64,000 nucleotides of DNA from an uncultured Alphaproteobacteria bacterium. GTDB lineage: Bacteria > Pseudomonadota > Alphaproteobacteria > UBA8366. The notes beneath the pieces are model-generated. The model ran no database searches. It saw nothing but the letters and a program-made list of their open reading frames with translations, and was not told where the DNA came from. This document shows positions 17,953-42,603 of this stretch, in pieces (positions within the stretch are counted from its first letter, which is position 1; the number at the start of each line of letters is the position of its first letter). Made by a program: the position numbers and the translations under genes. The stretch is taken from NCBI GenBank assembly GCA_963711215.1, contig CAVQDH010000014.1, positions 178,628-242,627 on the forward strand. Direction: 5' to 3'.

Positions 17953-17998
17953 GAAGGGCCAAGACGGCCGGGAGAAGCCACTCCCGGCCGCCTTCGTT
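17953..17998 (+). terminator. Conserved 3' hairpin after peptide B, possibly bidirectional with rlmB
   Basis: CGGCCGGGAG-AAGCCA-CTCCCGGCCG; near copy of 17211-17253. Confidence 0.6.
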
Positions 17999-18031
17999 CG
18001 GACTCTTCTTCTCTCTATATCTGCCGGTGCG

Positions 18032-18886
18032 CTATTTCGTGGCCGCCGCTTGATCCTGCCGGCCGCACGACAGGGCGTAGAGCGCGACCGCGGCCGCGTT
18101 CGAGACGTTCAGCGTCGCGATCGGGCCCTGGGTCGGCAGCCGGACCAGGATGTCGCAGCGTTCGGCGGTGAGCCGGCGGAGGCCCGAGCCTTCTGCCCCC
18201 ATGACGAGGGCCAGGCGGCCGTCGAGCCGCGCTTCGGCGACGGTGCGCTCCGCCGCCGCGTCCAGGCCGAGGCACCAGAAGCCGGCCTGCTTGATCTGCT
18301 GCAGGGCGCGCTCCAGGTTGCCGACCTCGATCAGGGGCACGTGCTCGAGCGCGCCGCTCGCGGCCTTGGCGAGCGCGCCTGTGACCGGCGGGGCGTGGCG
18401 GCGCGGCACGATGACCGCCCGGGCGCCGAAGGCGGCGCTGCTGCGGAGGATCGCGCCGACATTCTGCGGATCGGTGACCTGGTCCAGCACGACCAGGAGC
18501 GCGTCCCCGGGACTGTCGGCGAGCAGGTCTTCCAGGCTCGGCGCGGCGGGCGGCGGCGCGAGCAGCGCCAGCCCCTGATGCACCGCGCCCGGCGGCAGGA
18601 CGGCGTCGATCGCCGGCCGCTCGACGATATCCGGCCGGGCCTTGGGGCAGTCGCGTTTCAGCCGCTCTGCGGCATTGGCGGTCGCCAGCAGGCGACCCGG
18701 CCGGCGCGCGGGGTTGTTGAGCGCGGCGGCGACGGCGTGATGGCCGTAAAGCCAGCGGTCGGCCGGATTCCGGCCCTCTCGGGCGCGGCTTTCCGGCGGC
18801 TGGCCGTCCGGCCGCTTGCCCGGCGGCTTGTCGCGCCGTCGGCGGCCGGCGCGGTGACCGTCTCGGGGTAACTTGATTTTTACCAT
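18032..18886 (-). CDS. rlmB: 23S rRNA (Gm2251) methyltransferase, SpoU/TrmH family
   Basis: WLYGHHAV, VHQG, LDQVTDPQNVGAILRS, MGAEGSGLRRL, LNVSNAAAV. Confidence 0.92.
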   Translation of the reverse strand: MVKIKLPRDGHRAGRRRRDKPPGKRPDGQPPESRAREGRNPADRWLYGHHAVAAALNNPARRPGRLLATANAAERLKRDCPKARPDIVERPAIDAVLPPGAVHQGLALLAPPPAAPSLEDLLADSPGDALLVVLDQVTDPQNVGAILRSSAAFGARAVIVPRRHAPPVTGALAKAASGALEHVPLIEVGNLERALQQIKQAGFWCLGLDAAAERTVAEARLDGRLALVMGAEGSGLRRLTAERCDILVRLPTQGPIATLNVSNAAAVALYALSCGRQDQAAATK

Positions 18887-18996
18887 AACCGACCTTACTA
18901 TTAGCTAGCTCGCAATTACGCAACTCGCGCATCCGGCGGATTTGAAAACGGCTGCGCGGGCGGCGTGTTTTGCGCATCTGGGTAGCGGTTTGGGCG

Positions 18997-19024
18997 TTGA
19001 CAATCAGCGGTAAATCACCATAGT
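18997..19024 (+). promoter_or_regulatory. Sigma70 promoter of tRNA-Tyr/tRNA-Gly/tuf
   Basis: TTGACA-N16-CATAGT followed by a GC-rich discriminator. Confidence 0.6.
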
Positions 19025-19060
19025 GCGGCACTCCGCCGGGACGGCGGCGTTGCACCTGTC

Positions 19061-19145
19061 GGAGGGGTGCCTGAGCGGTTAAAAGGGACGGACTGTAAAT
19101 CCGTTGGCTAAGCCTACGTTGGTTCGAATCCAACCCCCTCCACCA
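19061..19145 (+). tRNA. tRNA-Tyr(GTA)
   Basis: GGAGGGG...ACGGA CT GTA AA TCCGT, variable arm, GTTCGAATC, CCA end. Confidence 0.96.
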
Positions 19146-19231
19146 TTCGTCTGGCGGTTGAATTGTTCGGGTTGGATGGGAACAGCAGATTCGGCGGCGA
19201 GGCAGTGAGGTAACGAGGCCGTAGAGGACAA

Positions 19232-19306
19232 GCGGGCGTCGTATAATGGCCATTACCCCAGCCTTCCAAGCTGGAGACGCGGGTTCGATTCCCGCCGCCC
19301 GCTCCA
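19232..19306 (+). tRNA. tRNA-Gly(TCC)
   Basis: GCGGGCG...CCAGC CT TCC AA GCTGG...GTTCGATTC...CCA. Confidence 0.95.
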
Positions 19307-19443
19307 AGCGGCACGATGGCGCAGGGCGGCGCGATGGCGAAGGGAAGGTATCGTGGGTTGTCCCGCAGACGCAGTCGATGCCCGGAAATCGGCCTCGCGG
19401 TCGGCGATGATCGGCAAGTTAACCAGCAGGAAGATATAGACCA

Positions 19444-20635
<1,192 letters not shown>

Positions 20636-20663
20636 CCGAAGCGCATTGGGCGGCCGGCTCGTT

Positions 20664-20739
20664 AGGAGTGTAGCTCAATTGGTAGAGCGCCGGTCTCCAA
20701 AACCGGAGGTTGGGGGTTCGAGACCCTCCACTCCTGCCA
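20664..20739 (+). tRNA. tRNA-Trp(CCA)
   Basis: AGGAGTGTAGCTCAATTGGTAGAGCGCCGGTCTCCAAAACCGG...GCCA; canonical position before secE. Confidence 0.96.
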
Positions 20740-20818
20740 CGGCGCCCAGGCCACGGATCAGGCGGCGGACGAACGAAACGAGCGCGGAAGCGGAAATCAA
20801 AGGACGTTAGCGGCGAAA

Positions 20819-21016
20819 ATGGCGAAGACAAGTCCAGCACAGTTCATCCGGGAGGTTCGCCAGGAGGCCAACAAGGTCACTTGGCCGACGCGCAAGGAGA
20901 CGGGTATCACCACGGCCATGGTATTCATGATGGTCGTGCTGGCGGCGCTGTTCTTCTTCTTCGTCGACACGATCGTCGCGAAGGCCATTCAGCTGCTGCT
21001 CGGCCTGGGGGGCTGA
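20819..21016 (+). CDS. secE: Preprotein translocase SecE
   Basis: [19 protein letters not shown] plus TM; synteny. Confidence 0.95.
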   Translation: MAKTSPAQFIREVRQEANKVTWPTRKETGITTAMVFMMVVLAALFFFFVDTIVAKAIQLLLGLGG

Positions 21017-21017
21017 C

Positions 21018-21548
21018 ATGGCGCATCGCTGGTACGTCATCCACGTCTACTCGGGCTTCGAGCGCAAGGTGGCGCAGTCGATTCAGGAGCAGACCGTTCT
21101 GAAAGGGCTGCAGGACGAGATCCTCGAGGTGATGGTGCCGACCGAAGAAGTGGTCGAGATGCGCCGCGGCTCGAAGATCAGCACGGAGCGCAAGTTCTTT
21201 CCGGGCTACGTGCTGGTGAAGATGAACATGACCGACGAGACCTGGCATCTGGTCAAGGACACCGCCAAGGTCACGGGTTTCCTCGGCAGCCGCGGCAAGC
21301 CGTCGCCGATCAGCGACTCGGAAGCCGAGCGGTTGCTGCATCAGATCAAGGAAGGCGTCGAGCGTCCGAAGCCGTCCATCACTTTCGAGATCGGCGAGCA
21401 GGTGCGCGTCTGTGACGGTCCATTCGCCTCCTTCAACGGCAACGTGGAAGAGGTCGACGAGGAGAAGGCGCGGCTCAAGGTTTCGGTGTCGATCTTCGGC
21501 CGGTCGACCCCGGTCGAGCTGGAATACGGGCAGGTCGAGAAGGTTTGA
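21018..21548 (+). CDS. nusG: Transcription factor NusG
   Basis: [23 protein letters not shown] domain, [10 protein letters not shown]. Confidence 0.97.
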   Translation: MAHRWYVIHVYSGFERKVAQSIQEQTVLKGLQDEILEVMVPTEEVVEMRRGSKISTERKFFPGYVLVKMNMTDETWHLVKDTAKVTGFLGSRGKPSPISDSEAERLLHQIKEGVERPKPSITFEIGEQVRVCDGPFASFNGNVEEVDEEKARLKVSVSIFGRSTPVELEYGQVEKV

Positions 21549-21649
21549 TCGCGGGGCCGGCGCCGCCGGCTTCCGCAACTTGCGGGAGGTCATCCTCCGA
21601 AGGCCAGGAGGGACCGTACCGCGCAGTCCGAAGAAAGGGACTTAAGTCT

Positions 21650-22078
21650 ATGGCGAAAAAGATCGAAGGGTACATCAAGCTGGAGATTCCAGCAGGCAAG
21701 GCGAACCCGTCACCGCCGGTTGGGCCGGCGCTGGGTCAGCGCGGCCTCAACATCATGGAGTTCTGCAAGGCTTTCAACGCGGCGACGCAGCAGATGGAGC
21801 CGGGTATGCCGGTGCCGGTGATCATCACCGCCTATGGCGACCGCACCTTCTCCTTCGTGACCAAGACGCCGCCGGCGAGCTATTTCCTGCGCAAGGCGGC
21901 GCGGATCGAAAAGGGATCGAAAGCGCCGGGGCGCGATAGGGCGGGCAGCGTGACCAGGGCGCAGGTGCGCGAGATCGCAGAGACGAAGATGGTGGACCTG
22001 AATGCGAACGATATCGAGGCGGCGATGAAGATCATCGAGGGCTCGGCGCGGTCCATGGGTCTTGAGGTCGTGGGGTAA
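21650..22078 (+). CDS. rplK: 50S ribosomal protein L11
   Basis: [18 protein letters not shown]. Confidence 0.97.
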   Translation: MAKKIEGYIKLEIPAGKANPSPPVGPALGQRGLNIMEFCKAFNAATQQMEPGMPVPVIITAYGDRTFSFVTKTPPASYFLRKAARIEKGSKAPGRDRAGSVTRAQVREIAETKMVDLNANDIEAAMKIIEGSARSMGLEVVG

Positions 22079-22083
22079 GCGAT

Positions 22084-22785
22084 ATGACAAAGATCGGAAA
22101 GCGGCTTCGCAAGGCAAGCGAGACAGTTGATCGGGACACGGCCTATTCGGTCGTCGACGCGGTAAAGGCCCTGAAGCAGGGCGCGACCGCCAAGTTCGAC
22201 GAGACGATCGAGATCGCGATGAATCTCGGCATCGACACGCGCCATGCCGACCAGCAGGTGCGCGGCGTCGTGCAGCTGCCGCACGGCACCGGCAAGACGA
22301 TGCGTGTCGCAGTCTTCGCCAAGGGCAATAAGGCCGAGGAGGCGAAGGCCGCGGGCGCCGACCTAGTGGGCGCCGAGGACCTGGCCGAGAAGGTGCAGGC
22401 CGGCGAGATGAATTTCGACCGCGTGGTCGCGACGCCGGACATGATGGCGGTCGTCGGCCGGCTGGGTAAGATCCTCGGTCCGCGCGGTCTGATGCCGAAC
22501 CCGAAGCTGGGAACGGTAACGCCGAACGTGGCCGAGGCGGTGAAGGCGGCGAAGGGCGGCGAGGTGCAGTTCCGCGCGCAGAAGGAAGGTATCGTCCATG
22601 CCGGCATCGGCAAGGCGAGCTTCGGCGAGGATGCGCTGGTCGCGAACGTCCGCGCCTTCGTGGTTGCGATCAACCGGGCCAAGCCGAGTGGCGCGAAGGG
22701 GACCTTTATCAAGAAGGTCGCCATCAGCTCCACCATGGGTCCGGGGATCAAACTGGATATTGCCGACGCCACTAGCGTCGGTTGA
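22084..22785 (+). CDS. rplA: 50S ribosomal protein L1
   Basis: [26 protein letters not shown]. Confidence 0.97.
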   Translation: MTKIGKRLRKASETVDRDTAYSVVDAVKALKQGATAKFDETIEIAMNLGIDTRHADQQVRGVVQLPHGTGKTMRVAVFAKGNKAEEAKAAGADLVGAEDLAEKVQAGEMNFDRVVATPDMMAVVGRLGKILGPRGLMPNPKLGTVTPNVAEAVKAAKGGEVQFRAQKEGIVHAGIGKASFGEDALVANVRAFVVAINRAKPSGAKGTFIKKVAISSTMGPGIKLDIADATSVG

Positions 22786-22847
22786 GTTTCCGTCTCCCGG
22801 CAGGCGCCGGGGGGCGGTTGGGCGAAGGGCGGCATGCCGCGCTTCGC

Positions 22848-22950
22848 CACCTGTCCGAGACTGCGGGTGCCTCCGTTCCGGCCCAAGACTTTGACGATGG
22901 GTCGCGATCGGGAGCTTAAACGGGAAACCGGCCGGCAATAGACAGGGGTA
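22848..22950 (+). ncRNA. L10 (rplJ) leader, autoregulatory cis-element; bounds approximate
   Basis: CCTGTCCGAGACTGCGGGTG...CTTAAA...CCGGCAATAGACAGGGG between rplA and rplJ. Confidence 0.6.
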
Positions 22951-23119
22951 CAGGACATGTTGGGCGAGACCCGTAGTGGCTTGAACCTCTGGGGCAGGAT
23001 CCGTCGAACGCCGTAGAAGCGTAGGCGAGAGCCCATGCGGACCCGGCGTTCAGGTGCAACCGGTCGCGTTTCGTCAGCGGTTTCGTTGCGGGACGCGGTC
23101 ACAGGCATCGGAGAAATCA

Positions 23120-23632
23120 GTGGACCGTGCAAAAAAACAGGCGATGGTCGCTGAACTGCAAGAGACCTTCGAGTCCAACAACCTCGTGGTCCTGACCCAC
23201 CAGTCGGGACTTACGGTGACCGAGGTGTCGGAGCTCCGGAAGCAACTGCGCGAGGTTGGTGGTTCGTTCAAGGTGACGAAGAACCGGCTCGCGAAGATCG
23301 CGCTGAAGGGGACCAAGTTCGAGGGCCTGACCGACAGATTTACCGGACCGACGGCGATTGCCGTATCGACGGATCCGGTTGCTGCGGCCAAGGTCGCTGT
23401 CGAGTTCGCGAACAAGAACGAGAAGCTGCAGATCATCTGCGGCTCGCTCGAAGCGGATGCATTGGATGCGGACGCCGTCAAGGCGCTCGCGAAGCTGCCC
23501 TCGCTCGATCAACTTCGCGGCATGATCATCGGACTGATCCAGGCTCCCGCCACCAAGATCGCCTGCGTGTTGCAGGCGCCGGGCGGCCAGCTCGCCCGCG
23601 TCTTTAGCGCGTATGGAAAATCGGAGGCCTGA
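23120..23632 (+). CDS. rplJ: 50S ribosomal protein L10
   Basis: GTG start after GGAG; KVTKNRLAKIA, GPTAIA, LAKLPS. Confidence 0.96.
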   Translation: MDRAKKQAMVAELQETFESNNLVVLTHQSGLTVTEVSELRKQLREVGGSFKVTKNRLAKIALKGTKFEGLTDRFTGPTAIAVSTDPVAAAKVAVEFANKNEKLQIICGSLEADALDADAVKALAKLPSLDQLRGMIIGLIQAPATKIACVLQAPGGQLARVFSAYGKSEA

Positions 23633-23683
23633 GCAGGCTCATCGACCAGAACCTGAGAGTTCAAGCCTAGGAGATTGAAGAGA

Positions 23684-24058
23684 ATGGCTAATCTACAGCA
23701 AATCGTTGAGGATCTTTCGGCCCTGACCGTCCTTGAGGCGGCGGAGCTTTCCAAGATGCTCGAAGAGAAATGGGGCGTTTCGGCCGCCGCGCCGGTCGCC
23801 ATCGCGGCCGTCGCCGGAGCCGGCGACGCCGCTGCCGCCGAGGTCAAGGATACCTTCGACGTTATCCTGGCCAAGACCGGCGAGAAGAAGATCAACGTCA
23901 TCAAGGAGGTCCGGGCGATTACCGGTCTCGGCCTCAAGGAGGCGAAGGATCTCGTCGAAGGCGCGCCCAAGCCGGTCAAGGAAGGCGTCAGCAAGGACGA
24001 GGCCGAAACCCTCAAGAAGAAACTCGAAGACGCAGGTGCATCCGTCGAGCTCAAATAA
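23684..24058 (+). CDS. rplL: 50S ribosomal protein L7/L12
   Basis: [29 protein letters not shown]. Confidence 0.97.
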   Translation: MANLQQIVEDLSALTVLEAAELSKMLEEKWGVSAAAPVAIAAVAGAGDAAAAEVKDTFDVILAKTGEKKINVIKEVRAITGLGLKEAKDLVEGAPKPVKEGVSKDEAETLKKKLEDAGASVELK

Positions 24059-24187
24059 TGCGGCGACGCATCGCTAGTTACGGACAGGGGCGCGCCATCC
24101 GGCGCCGCCCCTGGCCGTGTTTGACGTGATTTAGAGATTTAGAAGTGTGTAACCGGGATTTTCCCGGTTCATAGTCGGGGATCAAAA

Positions 24188-28363
<4,176 letters not shown>

Positions 28364-28417
28364 TCATCGCGTGATCTATCTTTGACACGAGTTCGCGCCG
28401 GTCGCGGCGCGATCTGA

Positions 28418-32776
<4,359 letters not shown>

Positions 32777-32897
32777 AAAAACCGGTCAGCCCCTGTCGGA
32801 TTTGGCGGCGATCCACCCTATATAAGAGTGCGATCGCCGCCTGCCGGCAGCGGCAAGGCCGGTGGGTTGAAGAGGCAGGGAAAGTGCGAACTTGTTC

Positions 32898-32926
32898 TTG
32901 ACGGTGCATAAGGCCGTCACTAGTAT
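32898..32926 (+). promoter_or_regulatory. Sigma70 promoter of str operon
   Basis: TTGACG-N17-TAGTAT then GCGC. Confidence 0.6.
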
Positions 32927-33202
32927 GCGCGCTTTCTCGGGGGGCTAGGTGGTAGAGGCCGGTTCGGGAGGTTAGGCCGGTCTTCTAGACACAGCCCTGG
33001 GAACTCTAGAGCAGGACATAAGCCGGAACGCCGGCTGCTTTCCCGGTCCATGCGGCCCGCAGTGGAGCATATCTGGCTTTGCTGTCGGACGCATTTTACG
33101 CGCCGGAACAAGGATTAAGCGGGGGCCGTGAGGCCCTCAACAATGGTCGGGCGGCGGTTCGAACGACCGCAAAGCCGACATGATGGAGAGCTGAGACAGG
33201 AT

Positions 33203-33574
33203 ATGCCGACGATCAATCAGTTGATCCGGAAAGGACGCCACGACAAGCCGTCGCGGAACAAGGTTCCCGCGCTGAACGCTTGTCCGCAGAAGCGCGGCGT
33301 ATGCACGCGCGTCTATACGACCACGCCGAAGAAGCCGAACTCGGCGCTGCGCAAGGTGGCGCGCGTCCGGCTGACCAACGGCTACGAGGTCACCAGCTAT
33401 ATTCCGGGCGAAGGTCATAACCTTCAGGAGCACTCGGTGGTCATGATCCGCGGCGGCCGCGTGAAGGACCTTCCGGGCGTGCGGTATCACATCATCCGCG
33501 GAACGCTCGACACCCAGGGTGTCGACGATCGCCGTCAGCGCCGGTCGAAATACGGCGCCAAGCGGCCGAAATAG
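33203..33574 (+). CDS. rpsL: 30S ribosomal protein S12
   Basis: [25 protein letters not shown]. Confidence 0.98.
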   Translation: MPTINQLIRKGRHDKPSRNKVPALNACPQKRGVCTRVYTTTPKKPNSALRKVARVRLTNGYEVTSYIPGEGHNLQEHSVVMIRGGRVKDLPGVRYHIIRGTLDTQGVDDRRQRRSKYGAKRPK

Positions 33575-33592
33575 AGCGGCGGGGAACAGACC

Positions 33593-34063
33593 ATGTCGAG
33601 ACGTCGTCGCGCCGAAAAGCGCACAATTCTTCCGGATGCCAAATACGGCGATCTGATCGTCAGCAAGTTCATGAACAACGTCATGCTGGACGGTAAGAAG
33701 TCGGTCGCCGAGCGCATCGTCTACGGGGCGCTTGAGCTCATGGAGAAGCGCGCGGGCGGCGACCCGGTGAAGGCGTTCCACGACGCGATCGAGAATGTCC
33801 GGCCGCACCTCGAGGTGCGGTCGCGCCGTGTCGGCGGCGCAACCTACCAGGTGCCGATGGAAGTCCGGTCGGAGCGCGCGCAGGCGCTCGCTTTCCGCTG
33901 GATCATCCAGATGGCGCGCGGACGCAACGAAAACACGATGACCGAGCGGCTGTCCGCGGAGCTTCTAGACGCGGCGAACAACCGCGGCGCAGCGGTCAAG
34001 AAACGGGAAGACACGCACCGGATGGCGGAAGCAAACCGCGCTTTCTCGCATTACCGCTGGTAA
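33593..34063 (+). CDS. rpsG: 30S ribosomal protein S7
   Basis: [24 protein letters not shown]. Confidence 0.98.
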   Translation: MSRRRRAEKRTILPDAKYGDLIVSKFMNNVMLDGKKSVAERIVYGALELMEKRAGGDPVKAFHDAIENVRPHLEVRSRRVGGATYQVPMEVRSERAQALAFRWIIQMARGRNENTMTERLSAELLDAANNRGAAVKKREDTHRMAEANRAFSHYRW

Positions 34064-34088
34064 CAACCCGCTACTGGATCGGATAGCT

Positions 34089-36162
<2,074 letters not shown>

Positions 36163-36194
36163 CAAAATGAGCGGGAAATAGGGATTCTGAGCCA

Positions 36195-37386
<1,192 letters not shown>

Positions 37387-37443
37387 GAATTTGCCGGATA
37401 GGAGCGCCCAATTGTTGGGCGCTTTCTCTTAGAGGGCGTTGGA

Positions 37444-37752
37444 ATGGACAATCAGAATATACGGATCCGGCTGAAAGCCTTCGATCACCGCGTGCTCGAC
37501 CAGTCGACGCAGGAGATCGTGAACACGGCCAAGCGCACGGGCGCGCAGGTGCGCGGGCCGATCCCGATGCCGACGCGGATCGAGCGGGTGACCGTGCTGC
37601 GGTCGCCGCACATCGACAAGAAGAGCCGCGAGCAGTTCGAGATCCGCACGCATAAGCGGCTGCTCGACATCGTGGATCCGACGCCCCAGACGGTCGACGC
37701 CCTGATGAAGCTCGATCTTGCTTCGGGCGTGGACGTCGAGATCAAGCTGTAA
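37444..37752 (+). CDS. rpsJ: 30S ribosomal protein S10
   Basis: [24 protein letters not shown]. Confidence 0.98.
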   Translation: MDNQNIRIRLKAFDHRVLDQSTQEIVNTAKRTGAQVRGPIPMPTRIERVTVLRSPHIDKKSREQFEIRTHKRLLDIVDPTPQTVDALMKLDLASGVDVEIKL

Positions 37753-37782
37753 CGCCATCGAAGCCGAGGGAATATAAGCGTC

Positions 37783-38547
37783 ATGCGCAGCGGACTGATC
37801 GCACGGAAGGAAGGAATGACCCGCGTCTTCACGGATGACGGGCGTCATGTTCCCGTGACCGTGCTCACCGTCTCGGACTGTCAGGTGGTTGCCGTACGGA
37901 CCGAGGAAAAGGATGGCTATACCGCGGTTCAGCTCGGCGCCGGCCGCGCCAAGGCGAAGAACACGACGCAGCCGATGCGCGGCCATTTCGCGGCCGCGAA
38001 GGTCGAGCCGAAGCAGTATGTCGTGGAATTCCGGGTCAGCCCCGACGCCTTGATCGACGTCGGCGCGGAGCTGTCGGCCGAGCATTTCGTCGCGGGTCAG
38101 TATGTCGATGTGACCGGTACCAGCATCGGCAAGGGCTTCGCCGGCGTCATGAAGCGCCACAATTTCCGGGGCCTCCGGGCGACGCACGGCGTCTCGATCT
38201 CGCATCGCTCGCACGGTTCGACGGGTAATCGCCAGGATCCGGGCCGCGTGTTCAAGGGCAAGAAGATGGCCGGGCACATGGGCGCCCGGCGCGTCACCGG
38301 CCAGAACCTGGAGATCGTCGCGGTCGATGGCGAGAGGGGCCGCATCATGATCAAGGGCGCGGTCCCGGGCGCGAGCCAGGGCTGGGTGCTCATTCGCGAT
38401 GCCGTCAAGCGTCCCGCGCCCAAGGACCTGCCGTTCCCGGCTGCCGTCAAGGGCGGCGCGGCGGCAGTGGACAATGCAGCGGCGGCGGTGCCCGCCACCG
38501 ATCAGGCGGCCGGAAATCCGGCCGGGGAAGCGAAGAATGAAGAGTAA
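37783..38547 (+). CDS. rplC: 50S ribosomal protein L3
   Basis: [28 protein letters not shown]. Confidence 0.97.
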   Translation: MRSGLIARKEGMTRVFTDDGRHVPVTVLTVSDCQVVAVRTEEKDGYTAVQLGAGRAKAKNTTQPMRGHFAAAKVEPKQYVVEFRVSPDALIDVGAELSAEHFVAGQYVDVTGTSIGKGFAGVMKRHNFRGLRATHGVSISHRSHGSTGNRQDPGRVFKGKKMAGHMGARRVTGQNLEIVAVDGERGRIMIKGAVPGASQGWVLIRDAVKRPAPKDLPFPAAVKGGAAAVDNAAAAVPATDQAAGNPAGEAKNEE

Positions 38548-39157
38548 GGTCGTCACGCTCGACAACAAGGCGGCCGGCGACATCGAGCTCGATGACGCGG
38601 TGTTCGGCGCCGAGGTCCGCAAGGACATCCTGGCCCGCATGGTCAACTACCAGCTGGCCAAGCGCCGCGCCGGCACGCACAAGGCGAAGACGCGCAGCGA
38701 GGTCTCCGGAACGACGCGCAAGCCCTTCCGCCAGAAGGGCACCGGCCGCGCCCGCCAGGGATCGATCCGCGCGACGCAGTTCCGCGGCGGCGGCATCATC
38801 TTCGGGCCGGTAGTTCGCGACCACGGCCACGACCTGCCCAAGAAGGTCCGCAAACTCGCGCTCAAGTCGGCGCTGTCGGCGAAGCAGGCCGACGGCAAGC
38901 TGGTCATCCTGGAAGAGGTCACGCTGGCGGACGGCAAGACGAAGGGGCTGGTCGAGAAGCTCGGCAAGCTCGGCCTATCGAACGCGCTGATCGTCGGCGG
39001 CCAGCAGATCGACAGCAATTTCGCCCGCGCGGCAAAGAATATCGCGCTGATCGACGTGCTGCCGACCCAGGGCGCGAATGTCTACGACATCCTGCGGCGC
39101 GACATGCTCGTGCTGACCCGGGAAGCGGTCCAGACGCTGGAGGCGCGGCTGAAATGA
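38537..39157 (+). CDS. rplD: 50S ribosomal protein L4
   Basis: [11 protein letters not shown] motif. Confidence 0.97.
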   Translation: MKSKVVTLDNKAAGDIELDDAVFGAEVRKDILARMVNYQLAKRRAGTHKAKTRSEVSGTTRKPFRQKGTGRARQGSIRATQFRGGGIIFGPVVRDHGHDLPKKVRKLALKSALSAKQADGKLVILEEVTLADGKTKGLVEKLGKLGLSNALIVGGQQIDSNFARAAKNIALIDVLPTQGANVYDILRRDMLVLTREAVQTLEARLK

Positions 39158-39477
39158 GCTGGAAATATTTCCGTAAAACGACGGTGAGCAAGGAACGGCA
39201 GTATGAGCTGCTGCGCACGCCGGTCATTACCGAAAAGGCGACGCTCGGCTCGGAGCACAACCAGGTCACCTTCCGCGTGCCCCTGGATGCGACGAAGCCC
39301 GAGATCAAGCTCGCGGTCGAACAGGTCTTCGAGGTGAAGGTCCTTTCGGTCAACACGCTGCGTCAGCAGGGCAAGCGGAAGGTCTTCCGCGGCCGCCGCG
39401 GCCAGCGCAGCGACTACAAGAAAGCGATCGTCCGGCTTGCCGAGGGCCAGTCGATCGACGTGACGACAGGGATCTAA
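39154..39477 (+). CDS. rplW: 50S ribosomal protein L23
   Basis: [22 protein letters not shown]. Confidence 0.96.
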   Translation: MSWKYFRKTTVSKERQYELLRTPVITEKATLGSEHNQVTFRVPLDATKPEIKLAVEQVFEVKVLSVNTLRQQGKRKVFRGRRGQRSDYKKAIVRLAEGQSIDVTTGI

Positions 39478-39480
39478 CCG

Positions 39481-40314
39481 ATGGCGCTCAAGCAATACAA
39501 TCCGAAGACCCCCGGGATGCGCCAGCTCGTCCTGGTCGACCGTTCCGATCTTTACAAGGGCCGGCCGGTGAAGAAGCTGACGCACGGCCTGACCAAATCC
39601 GGCGGGCGCAACAATAACGGGCGCATCACCATGCGCTGGCGGGGCGGCGGGCATAAGCGGCTCTACCGCATCATCGACTTCAAGCGCCGCAAGTTCGACG
39701 TCGAAGCCACGGTGGAGCGGCTGGAATACGATCCGAACCGCACCGGCTTCATCGCGCTGATCAAGTATGACGACGGCGAGGTCGCCTACATCCTGGCGCC
39801 GCAGCGTCTGCGCCCTGGGGACAAGGTGGTGTCGGGCAAGCGCGTCGACGTGAAGCCGGGCAATGCCATGCCGCTCAGCAGCATCCCGGTCGGCACCATC
39901 GTCCACAATGTGGAGATGAAGCCCGGCCGCGGCGGACAGATGGCGCGCTCGGCCGGCACCTATGTCCAGCTTGTCGGCCGCGACCAGGGTTACGCCCAGC
40001 TCAAGCTGTCATCCGGCGAGCTGCGCATGGTCCACGGCGACTGCATGGCTACGATCGGTGCGGTGTCGAACCCCGATCAGGCGAATATCGTGATCGGCAA
40101 GGCCGGTCGGAACCGCTGGCTCGGCAGGATGCCGTCCGTCCGCGGCGTTGCGATGAACCCGGTCGACCATCCGCATGGCGGCGGCGAGGGCCGCACCTCG
40201 GGCGGCCGTCATCCGGTCACGCCGTGGGGCAAGCCCACGAAGGGCAAGCGGACCCGGTCGCGCAAGAAGCCGAGCGGCAAGCTGATCATCCGGCGACGCC
40301 GGTCGAGCAAGTAG
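39481..40314 (+). CDS. rplB: 50S ribosomal protein L2
   Basis: [19 protein letters not shown]. Confidence 0.98.
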   Translation: MALKQYNPKTPGMRQLVLVDRSDLYKGRPVKKLTHGLTKSGGRNNNGRITMRWRGGGHKRLYRIIDFKRRKFDVEATVERLEYDPNRTGFIALIKYDDGEVAYILAPQRLRPGDKVVSGKRVDVKPGNAMPLSSIPVGTIVHNVEMKPGRGGQMARSAGTYVQLVGRDQGYAQLKLSSGELRMVHGDCMATIGAVSNPDQANIVIGKAGRNRWLGRMPSVRGVAMNPVDHPHGGGEGRTSGGRHPVTPWGKPTKGKRTRSRKKPSGKLIIRRRRSSK

Positions 40315-40331
40315 GAAGAGGAGTTGCACAG

Positions 40332-40610
40332 GTGTCGCGTTCCGTATGGAAAGGCCCGTTCGTCGACGGCTATCTGCTGAAGAAGGCAGAGAAGGCCCGC
40401 AGCTCAGGCCGCAACGACGTGATCAAGATCTGGTCGCGGCGGTCGACCATCCTGCCCCAGTTCGTCGGGATCACTTTCGGCGTGCATAACGGCCAGAAGT
40501 TCATCCCGGTCCTGGTGACGGAAAACATGGTCGGGCACAAGTTCGGCGAGTTCGCGCCGACCCGGACATTCTACGGCCACGCCGCCGACAAGAAGGCGAA
40601 GAGGGCTTAA
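40332..40610 (+). CDS. rpsS: 30S ribosomal protein S19
   Basis: GTG start; [21 protein letters not shown]. Confidence 0.97.
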   Translation: MSRSVWKGPFVDGYLLKKAEKARSSGRNDVIKIWSRRSTILPQFVGITFGVHNGQKFIPVLVTENMVGHKFGEFAPTRTFYGHAADKKAKRA

Positions 40611-40613
40611 GGC

Positions 40614-40993
40614 ATGGGTAAACCGAAAGCAGAACGCAGCTTGGGCGAGGACGAGGCGCGCGCCGTGTCGGGCTTCATCCGCACCAGCCCGCGCAAGCTG
40701 AACCTGGTCGCGCAATCGATCCGCGGCAAGGCGGCGGATGCGGCTTTGGCGCAGCTCACCTTCGAGAAGCGGCGCGTCTCCAACGACGTCAAGAAAGTCC
40801 TGGAGGCCGCGATCGCCAATGCCGAGAACAATCACCAGCTCGATGTCGACCGGCTGTTCGTGAAGGAAGCCTTTGTCGGCAAGACGCTGGTCATGAAGCG
40901 GTTCCGCCCGCGGGCGCGCGGCCGCGTCGGGCGCATTCAGAAGCCGTTCAGCAATATCACCGTTGTGGTGAAGGAACGCGAGGAGACCGAGTA

Positions 40994-40994
<1 letters not shown>
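40614..40994 (+). CDS. rplV: 50S ribosomal protein L22
   Basis: [22 protein letters not shown]. Confidence 0.97.
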
Positions 40995-41668
<674 letters not shown>

Positions 41669-41709
41669 GGCGCAGGCCGGCATAGTGAAGAAGTTGGGAA
41701 CAGGATCCG

Positions 41710-42123
41710 ATGCTTAGTCCAAAAAGAACCAAGTACCGCAAGCAGCACAAAGGCCGCGTCCACGGCATGGCCAAGGGCGGTACGGATATCAACTTCGGCA
41801 GCTACGGCCTCAAGGCGGTGACGCCGGGCCGGGTCACGGCGCGCCAGATCGAGGCCGCCCGCCGCGCCATCACGCGCCATATCAAGCGCGCCGGCCGCGT
41901 CTGGATCCGCGTCTTCCCGGACGTCCCGGTCAGCAGGAAGCCGGCCGAGGTGCGCATGGGCAAGGGTAAGGGCACGCCGGAATACTGGATGTGCCGCATC
42001 AAGCCGGGCCGGATCATGTTCGAGCTCGATGGCGTCGACCACGATGTCGCGCACCGCGCGTTCGAGCTGGCGGCGGCGAAGCTGTCGGTCAGGACGCGCT
42101 TCGTCGCGCGGCTTGGGAATTAG
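41710..42123 (+). CDS. rplP: 50S ribosomal protein L16
   Basis: [17 protein letters not shown]. Confidence 0.98.
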   Translation: MLSPKRTKYRKQHKGRVHGMAKGGTDINFGSYGLKAVTPGRVTARQIEAARRAITRHIKRAGRVWIRVFPDVPVSRKPAEVRMGKGKGTPEYWMCRIKPGRIMFELDGVDHDVAHRAFELAAAKLSVRTRFVARLGN

Positions 42124-42132
42124 GAGCACGCG

Positions 42133-42327
42133 ATGAAGGCGGCGGACATTCGGCAGAAGACGGACGACGAGCTGGGCGCGATGTTGATCGACCTCCGCAA
42201 GGAAGCGTTCAACCTGCGCTTCCAGAGGGCGAGCGGGCAGCTCGAGAATACCGCGCGCGTGCGCGAGGTGCGGCGTGACATCGCCCGCATCAAGACGACG
42301 CTGCACGGCCGGCAGACAGTATCGTAA
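42133..42327 (+). CDS. rpmC: 50S ribosomal protein L29
   Basis: [21 protein letters not shown]. Confidence 0.96.
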   Translation: MKAADIRQKTDDELGAMLIDLRKEAFNLRFQRASGQLENTARVREVRRDIARIKTTLHGRQTVS

Positions 42328-42340
42328 GGGAACCGGGCAC

Positions 42341-42580
42341 ATGCCGAAACGCGTATTCCAGGGCAGGGTAGTGAAGGACGCCAAGGACAAGACCGTGGTG
42401 GTCTATGTCGAGCGCCGCGTCATGCACCCCGTCTACAAGAAGTTCATTCGCCGTTCGAAGAAGTACATGGCGCATGACGAGAACAACCGCTGCAAAGCGG
42501 GCGACGTTGTTCGCATCATCGAATCCCGGCCGCTGTCCAAGCGCAAGCGGTGGGAAGTCGTGAGCGACCAGGCCAACTAG
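42341..42580 (+). CDS. rpsQ: 30S ribosomal protein S17
   Basis: [20 protein letters not shown]. Confidence 0.97.
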   Translation: MPKRVFQGRVVKDAKDKTVVVYVERRVMHPVYKKFIRRSKKYMAHDENNRCKAGDVVRIIESRPLSKRKRWEVVSDQAN

Positions 42581-42603
42581 CGCGACCGCAGGGAAAATAA
42601 GCC

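Noticed and set aside
16655-17998. CRISPR array or MITE interpretation of the repeats
   Set aside because: Only 2-3 imperfect copies, irregular spacing, no cas genes, no terminal inverted repeats or target duplications; repeats map onto promoter, CDS end and terminator positions
19316-19443. N-terminally extended EF-Tu (439 aa)
   Set aside because: Extension is non-homologous and absent from copy 2; the ATG at 19444 plus one indel gives the normal length
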